Below, piece by piece: positions 56,468 through 64,000 of a stretch of 64,000 bases of DNA. This stretch comes from Eledone cirrhosa (Eukaryota). The translations under genes and the position numbers were made by a program. The stretch spans positions 8,990,001 through 9,054,000 of the forward strand of contig OZ024749.1 in the NCBI GenBank assembly GCA_964016885.1, read 5' to 3'. Position 1 is the first letter of the stretch. Each line of letters starts with the position of its first letter. A model generated the notes under the pieces. The model searched no databases. It had not been told where the DNA came from and saw only the letters and a list, made by a program, of their open reading frames with translations.

Positions 56468-56745
56468 TCGTCTCAAAATGGGTGACACTTTGATTCGCAT
56501 TTTAATGTGTGGTGGTGCCGTTTCAAAATGGCTAACACTTCGATTCACACTTTAAAGTGTGGTGGTGCCGTCTCAAAATGGCTGACACTTCGATTCCTAT
56601 TTTAAAGTGTGGTGGTGCCGTCTCAAAATGGCTGACACTTCGATTCAGACTTTAATGTGTGATGGTGACGTCTCAAAATGGCTGATGTTTTGCTATAGAT
56701 TTAAAATATGTAGCGGTGAATTCACAAAATGGTTGATGTTTCACT
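56468..56745. repeat. 50-bp tandem repeat x~5.5, each unit with CAAAATGG(C)
   Basis: CAAAATG at 56474, 56524, 56574, 56624, 56674 and 56725. Confidence 0.9.
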
Positions 56746-57213
56746 TCAGATATTTCGTTATATAGATTTAATATAAGTATATTTTGTTAAAAGCTATAAA
56801 ATTTTCTCTGTCCTTTTGATTTTCTTCTGAAAATTTGGACAGTTTTATCGGAACGGTCTTGCCGCCATTGTGAAGAAAAGAATAAAGCAAATATTATTTT
56901 TTATTTACGTATTTATTATTTTTTTTTTGCTTATTTTAAAAGTACATTATTTCGTTTCAGCTTTTTATTCATGTTTTTTTTTCGTTTGTAAATAATTTAT
57001 TACTTTTTCATAATTCTTTATATTATATAAATTGTATTTATATCCTAAATTCCAGTCCATAAGTTCTATTAGAGGGATGAGAGATATTGGTTATACACGT
57101 GGTTATAATATGTTTTACATCTCGACATAGCTACACAAGTGCTGCGGGCCCAGGCTGTGTAGAGGAACATTTACTGGTGTGTAGGAGTTCATGCATAGGC
57201 CACCTCGTAGTCC

Positions 57214-57605
57214 CTTCTTCTTCTTCTTCTTCTTCTTCTTCTTCTTCTTCTTCTTCTTCTTCTTCTTCTTCTCCCCTACTTATTTCTGGAAAGGTCGTGG
57301 AGGCAAAGTCCTCAAACACTCTTTCCAGTGAGTCCTGTCAGAATCTACCTTCACCAATTGATTCTGTTGGATCCCCAAGCGAGCCCAGCCCGGCTCATAG
57401 ATGTTACCCAACCATCTTGCTCGGGATCTGCACTTGGGTTTCCTGCCAATCCTTTCCTGAGACATTCTAACCACGTGTCCGTAGCTCCAAAGCTATGATG
57501 TCTCAATTCGTATTAGAAACGGTTCTACATGGAGCTACTCTCTGATCTCCGAGCTACGCACTCTATCGAGTAACGTTACTCCAAAGAACCTTCGGAGGAA
57601 CGCTA
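57214..57605 (-). mobile_element. RTE-clade LINE 3' end with (GAA)n tail
   Basis: LRRFFGVTLLDRVRSSEIRE*LHVEP..YGHVVRM..RW..WARLGI..DRTHW..LPPRP, followed by a (GAA)n tail. Confidence 0.88.
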
Positions 57606-57654
57606 TTTCGGCCCCTTATATTTACGATCGTATTCTTTCGCTCATTACAGTGAA

Positions 57655-57995
57655 ATATTGGTTTCTGATATAGGCACAAGGTCAACAATTTCGGGGAGAG
57701 GGGAAGGTCGATTAAATCGACACCAGTACATTACTGGTACTTCATTTTATCGACCCCGTAACGATGAAATGCGAAGCTAACCTCGGCGGGATTTGAACTC
57801 ACACCGTAAAGTGACGTAACCCTATACCGTAAAGCATGTTTTCCGACGCTCTACCGCTCTAGAATGGTACTTGATAATCCGCCAAAGGATGAAAGACAAA
57901 ATTGTCCGCGACAGAATTGGAACTCAGAACGCAGGAAGAAATGCTAGATGTCATTTTGTCCGATGCTCTACTGATTCTGCCAATTCAGCGCCATT
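57655..57995 (-). mobile_element. Two diverged SINE (family A-related) copies
   Basis: TAGGCACAAGG..CTGGTACTTCATTTTATCGACCCC..CCTCGGCGGGATTTGAACTCA, and a second GGATGAAAG..GAACTCAGAACG. Confidence 0.75.
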
Positions 57996-59149
57996 GATAC
58001 GACAGTTGGACAACTCACATTTACATACATATTCACAACTATGTCAATGGACCTTCATCGTGTTCGACGACGAGTGTTTCATTTGATCCATCAACTCATT
58101 AAATCATTGCGTAAGTGTGGGGGGGGGGGGGGCACAGACACGTGTACTCTCGGGGAGATGATTTTCTGGTAGTATCAGCCTAGCACAATATATGTTATGG
58201 CTGGTCCTTTCAATTTCAGCTACGACCATTCAAACAATGGGCTTACACACAGTTTCCGTCTACCAAATTTTACTCACAAAACTTGAGTCGACCTGAAGGT
58301 TTGGTATAATACACTGGGGGGGGGGGTGAAGGTACAGTGATAGGTGGGGGGTACAGACAGGTGAAAGTGAGTGGGGGTGCAGGTATAGTGATAGGTGGGG
58401 GGTAAAGACAGGTGAGATTGGGGGAGGTACAGTGACAGGTGTGGAGGGGGTACAGACAGGTGAAAGAGTTGGCGGTGGTACAGTGATAGGTGGGGGTATA
58501 GACAGGTGAGAGTGAGTGTGGGGGGAGGTACAGTGACAGATAGGGGGTACAGACAGGTGAGAGAGAGTGTGTGTTGTGTGTGTAACACCAGAATAAAAGA
58601 AGGGAGAGAGGGGGGGAAATGTTGGATTGAGTGTTACAGCAAGAGAGAGAAAGAGAGAGAAAGAGAGAGAGATGGAGAAGGGTAGAGAGGAGGAGAGGGG
58701 GGAGAGAGAGAAGTGAATGAGGAGTGAGAGCGCACACATTAAAGACAGAGAGAGAGACAGACACAGATAGAGTGAGGGGGGAGAGAGAGAGTGAGCGAAA
58801 GAGAGGGGGAGAGAGGGGGTAGAGAGAGAGTGGAAGTAGAGAGAGAGTAGAGAGAGAGTAGAGAAGAAAGAGCGAGTAGGTAGAGAAGAGAGAGAGAAAG
58901 AGAATAGAGCGAGAGAAAAGAGAGAGAGTAGAGAGAGAGTAGCAGTGGTAGAGGTGGGAGTAGAGAGATAGAGAGAGAGTAGCAGTAGAATAATTAGTAG
59001 GAGTAGAGAGATAGAGAGAGTGTAGTAGTAGTAGAGAGATAGAGAGTAGCAGGAGTAGAAGTAGGAGTAGAGAGATAGAGAGAGAGTAGCAGGAGTAGAG
59101 AGAGAGTAGCAGGATTAGAGCGATAGAAAGAAAATGCGTGTGCCTCAGA

Positions 59150-59196
59150 ATGTGTCAGTGTGTGTCACGTGTATCAGTGCATCAGTGTGTGTCTGT

Positions 59197-59235
<39 letters not shown>

Positions 59236-60183
59236 TGTGTCAGGGATTAGTGTGTGTGTGTCTCTGTTTGTGTTAGTGTGTATGTGTGTGTGTCAGTATG
59301 TGTTAGTGTGTGCCCACTCATCAGTGTGTGTGTCAGTATGTGTCAGTGTGTATGTGTCAGTATGTATCTGTATGTGTCAGTATGTGTTAGTGTGTGTGTG
59401 TGTTAGTGTATGTGTCAGTATGTGTCAGTATGTGTCAGTATGTGTTAGTGTGTGTTAGTGTGTGGTAGTGTGTGTCAGTATGTGTCAGTGTGTGTTAGTG
59501 TGTGTGTGTGTGTTAGTACGTGTTAGTGTGTGTTAGTGTGTGTGTGTGTGTCAGTATGTGTCAGTATGTGTCAGTATGTGTCAGTGTGTGTTAGTACGTG
59601 TTAGTGTGTGTTAGTGTGTGTCAGTGTGTGTTAGTGTGTGTGTGTGTGTCAGTATGTGTCAGTGTGTGTCAGTGTGTGTCAGTATGTGTCAGTATGTGTC
59701 AGTGTGTGTTAGTGTGTGTGTGTGTGTCAGTATGTGTTAGTGTGTGTCAGTATGTGTCAGTATGTGTCAGTGTGTGTTAGTGTGTGTGTGTGTGTCAGTA
59801 TGTGTTAGTGTGTGTGTGTGTGTCTGTGTGTGTGTCAGTGTGTGTTAGTGTGTGTGTGTGTGTCAGTATGTGTCAGTGTCTGTGTGTGTGTCAGTGTGTG
59901 TTAGTACGTGTTAGTGTGTGTTAGTGTGTGTGTGTGTGTCAGTATGTGTCAGTGTGTGTTAGTGTGTGTGTGTGTGTCAGTATGTGTCAGTGTCTGTGTG
60001 TGTGTCAGTGTGTGTCAGTGTGTGTCAGTGTGTGTTAGTGTGTGTGTGTGTGTCAGTGTGTGTTAGTGTGTGTCAGTATGTGTCAGTATGTGTTAGTGTG
60101 TGTGTGTGTGTGTGTGTGTCTGTGTGTGTGTCAGTGTGTGTTAGTGTGTGTGTGTGTGTCAGTGTGTGTCAGTGTGTGTGTGT
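59150..60183. repeat. (GTGTYAGTRT)-type 10-bp/GT low-complexity array
   Basis: Direct reading. Confidence 0.9.
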
Positions 60184-60244
60184 AGCTACAGTGAGAGATG
60201 CAACTACAGTTGTTGCAACGTGTCTCACTTCGTAGATACAACTG

Positions 60245-61205
60245 TAGTGGTGGTAGAGGGAGGAGGTGTTGTGACAGAGATGGTAGCAGTGGTGGGAGAA
60301 GGTGTGGTGACAGAGATGGTAGCAGTGGTAGAGGGAGGAGGTGTGGTGACAGAGATGGTAGCAGTGGTGGGAGAAGGTGTGGTGACAGAGATGGTAGCAG
60401 TGGTAGAGGGAGGAGGTGTGGTGACAGAGATGGTAGCAGTGGTGGGAGAAGGTGTGGTGACAGAGATGGTAGCAGTGGTGGGAGAAGGTGTGGTGACAGA
60501 GATGGTAGCAGAGGTAGAGGGAGGAAGTGTTGGGACAGAGATGGTAGCAGTGGTAGGAGGAGGTGTGGTGACAGAGATGGTAGAAGTGGTAGAGGGAGGA
60601 GGTGTTGTGACAGAGATGGTAGCAGTGGTAGGAGGAGGTGTGGTGACAGAGATGGTAGCAGTGGTAGAGGGAGGAGGTGTTGTGACAGAGATGGTAGCAG
60701 TGGTAGGAGGAGGTGTGGTGACAGAGATGGTAGCAGTGGTACAGGGGGGAGGTGTTGTAACAGAGGTGGTAACAGTGGTGGGAGGAGGGTGTTGTAACAG
60801 AGATGGTAGCAGTGGTACAGGGGGAGGTGTTGTAACAGAGGTGGTAACAGTGGTGGGAGGAGGTGTGGTGACAGAGATGGTAGCAGTAGTAGATGGAGGA
60901 GATGTTTTGACAGAGGTGGTAGCAGTGGTGGGAGGAGGTGTTGTAACAGAGATGGTAGCAGTAGTAGAGGGAGGAGGTGTTGTAAGAGAGATCGTAGCAG
61001 TAGTAGAGGGAGGAGGTGTTGTAAGAGAGATCGTAGCAGTAGTAGAGGGAGGAGGTGTTGTAAGAGAGATGGTAGCAGTAGTATAAGTGGGAGTATTGTA
61101 AGAGAGATGGTAGTAGTAGTAGTAGTAGTAGTATAAGTGGGAGGTGCTGTAATAGAGATGGTAGCAGTGGTATAAGTGAGAGGTGTTGAAACAGAGATAG
61201 TAGCA
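60245..61205. repeat. 30/33-bp minisatellite (GTGACAGAGATGGTAGCAGTGGT..GGAGGT)
   Basis: Alternating 10-codon and 11-codon units in the pseudo-ORFs. Confidence 0.92.
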
Positions 61206-61281
61206 GTTAGGCAGACAGTCAGACAAACAGTTCCTCAGTTAACAGTGTTGATGACAGCTAAGAGCCCACGATTCTGAACAC

Positions 61282-62210
61282 CAACATTTAGGGGGTTAAT
61301 TTAAATATTTCGGTGGGACTATTTCAACATTTAGGGAGGTAATTTAAATATTTCGGTGGGACTATTTCAACATTTAGGGAGGTAATTTAAATATTTCGGT
61401 GTGACTATTTCAACATTTAGGGGGGTATTGTGAATATTTTGGTGGGACTGTTGCAACTTTTAGGGAGGTATTTTGAATATTTTGGTGGGACTGTTGCAAC
61501 ATTTAGGGGGTATTTTGAATATTTTGGTGGGACTGTTGCAACTTTTAGGAGGGTATTTTGAATATTTTGGTGGGACTGTTGCAACATTTAGGGAGGTAAT
61601 TTGAATATTTTGGTGGGACTGTTGCAACATTTAGGGGGGTATTTTGAATATTTTGGTGGGACTGTTGCAACTTTTAGGAGGGTATTTTGAATATATTGGT
61701 GGGACTGTTGCAACATTTAGGGGGGTATTTTGAATATTTTGGTGGAACTGTTGCAACATTTAGGGGGGTATTTTGAATATTTTGGTGGGACTGATGCAAC
61801 ATTTAGGGGGGTATTTTGAATATTTTGGTGGGACTGATGCAACATTTAGGGAGGTATTTTGAATATTTTGGTGGAACTGTTGCAACATTTAGAGGGTATT
61901 TTGAATATTTTGGTGGGACTGTTGCAACTTTTAGGAGGGTATTTTGAATATTTTGGTGGGACTGTTGCAACATTTAGGGGGGTATTTTGAATATTTTGGT
62001 GGGACTGTTGCAACATTTAGGGGGGTATTTTGAATATTTTGGTGCAACTGATGCAACATTTAGGGGGGTATTTTGAATATTTTGGTGGGACTGATGCAAG
62101 ATTTAGGGGGGTATTTTGAATATTTTGGTGGGACTGATGCAACATTTAGGGGAGTATTTTGAATATTTTGGTGGGACTATTTCCATATTTAGAGAGGTAA
62201 TTTGAATATC
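61282..62210. repeat. 43-bp minisatellite, ~21 copies
   Basis: CAACATTTAGGGGGGTATTTTGAATATTTTGGTGGGACTGTTG with period 43. Confidence 0.95.
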
Positions 62211-62429
62211 TTGCTAAGAGCAATTTGGCAATTGTAAAATGTAACACAAGAATAAAATTAGTTCTTTTTTATTTTTATAATTAATTAGATTTTATCTTTT
62301 AATATAAAAATGTTTCCAGGGTAACGGGTGGGTAGGGGGCATGGATTTCATTTTAGATGTCCTGGCATGGCGCAAAAAGGGTTGAGAATCCACATTATTG
62401 GCGCTTCCTCGTTGGCTCCGATAATGTTA

Positions 62430-62589
62430 GTAACAACAACAACGCTAGCAGCAGCAACAACAACGGTAGCAGCAACAACAACAACAGTAGCAGCAACAAC
62501 GCTAACAGCAGCAACAACAACAACAGCAGAAACAACAACAACAGTAGCAGCAACAACAACAACAGCAGAAACAACAACAACGCTAACAG

Positions 62590-62623
<34 letters not shown>

Positions 62624-63289
62624 AGCAGCAGAAACAACAACAACGCTAACAGCAGCAACAACAACGGTAGCAGCAGCAACAACAACAGTAGTAGCAACAA
62701 CAACAATAACAGCAGTAACAACAATAACAGCAGCAGTAACAACATCAGCAGTAACAGTATCTACAGCAACAATAGAAGTAACGTCAGCGACAACAGCAGC
62801 AGCAACAGCAGCAACAGTAGCAACAGTAGAAGTAACGTCAGCGACGGCAGCAGCAGCAACAGTAGAAGTAACGTCAGTGACAGCAGCAGCAACAGTAGCA
62901 ACAGTAGATGTAACGTCAGCGACAACAGCAGCAGCAACAGTAGCAACAGTAGTAGTAACGTCAGCGACAATAGCAGCAGCAACAGTAGCAACAGTAGCAA
63001 CAGTAGTAATAACGTCAGCGACGGCAGCAGCAGCAACAGTAGAAGTAACGTCAGCGACAGCAGCAGCAGCAGTAGCAACAGTAGAAGTAACGTCAGCGAC
63101 GGCAGCAGCAACAGTAGCAACAGTAGAAGTAACGTCAGCAGCAACAACAGTAGCAACAGTAGCAACAGTAGTAGTAACGTCAGCGACAGCAGCAGCAGCA
63201 ACAGCAGCAACAGCAGCAACAGCAGCAACAGTAGTAGCTATATTATCAGTGACAACAACAGCGACAACAACAACAATAACAGCAACAGG

Positions 63290-63353
<64 letters not shown>

Positions 63354-63439
63354 TCATCATCATCAACAACAACAACAGCAACAACAACAACATCAACAAC
63401 AACAACAGCAACAACAACATCAAGAACAACATCATCATC

Positions 63440-63505
<66 letters not shown>

Positions 63506-63540
63506 AGCAACAATAACAACAACAACAATAACAGCAACAA
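62430..63540. repeat. (GCA/ACA/GTA) triplet arrays
   Basis: Direct reading. Confidence 0.92.
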
Positions 63541-63717
63541 AGCAGAAGAGAGACCCTCAAGGTAGTCACTCGAAATTTAGAAATAGCAGCCAAAATTCTC
63601 TCCAAATACGATGAAGAGAAGACGTTACTGGGAGCTACAGACTTGGTAGAGTTGGTCGTGGATGGAGTGTGTTTGGCCAGCACTGACCTATCCTTAAAAT
63701 ACTACCAATAATGTCCT

Positions 63718-63719
63718 AT

Positions 63720-63760
<41 letters not shown>

Positions 63761-63791
63761 TTACTACTACTACTACCACCACTTCTATTAT

Positions 63792-63823
<32 letters not shown>

Positions 63824-63922
63824 TAACTACTACTACTACCACCACTTCTACTACTACTACTACTACTACTACTACCACTACTTCTACTACTACTACTATA
63901 ACTACTACTACTACCACCACTT

Positions 63923-63953
<31 letters not shown>

Positions 63954-64000
63954 CACTACTTCTACTATTACTACTATAACTACTACTACTACCACCACTT
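63718..64000. repeat. (CTA)n tract, runs off window
   Basis: Direct reading. Confidence 0.95.

Noticed and set aside
60185-60236. Imperfect hairpin resembling a pre-miRNA
   Set aside because: Short stem with asymmetric bulges and no recognised mature sequence.
60148-63614. Repeat-protein ORFs (VVTEMVAVV.., TTATISVTTPP.., poly-T/A)
   Set aside because: They derive from minisatellites and triplet arrays, are open on both strands, and show no splice or domain support.

Overview
Eukaryotic, extremely repeat-rich, non-coding DNA. The SINE families, RTE/Penelope/Helitron content and dense (TA)n/(CA)n/triplet tracts look like a coleoid cephalopod (Octopus-like) genome, but this is inference. No host gene could be identified, and almost all long ORFs in the track are read-throughs of simple repeats. 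The window holds several satellites (24-bp with a ~2.35-kb higher-order period; 20, 89, 164, 26, 50 and 43 bp), four non-autonomous Helitrons, RTE LINE fragments (one with a twin-priming-type 5' inversion and a 13-bp TSD), many tRNA-derived SINEs and four Penelope-like (PLE) coding fragments. The main signal lies between ~12.8 and ~51 kb, where I read about 17 type I hammerhead ribozyme motifs from about 12 unrelated sequence families, nearly all in inserts bounded by (TA)n. They occur as PLE 3' ends, as a 532-bp tandem non-coding retrozyme-like unit and as fold-back insertions. Six same-orientation ~180-200 bp hairpin elements appear to be half-hammerheads folded back inside stem II. All folds were assigned by eye; none was computed or tested.
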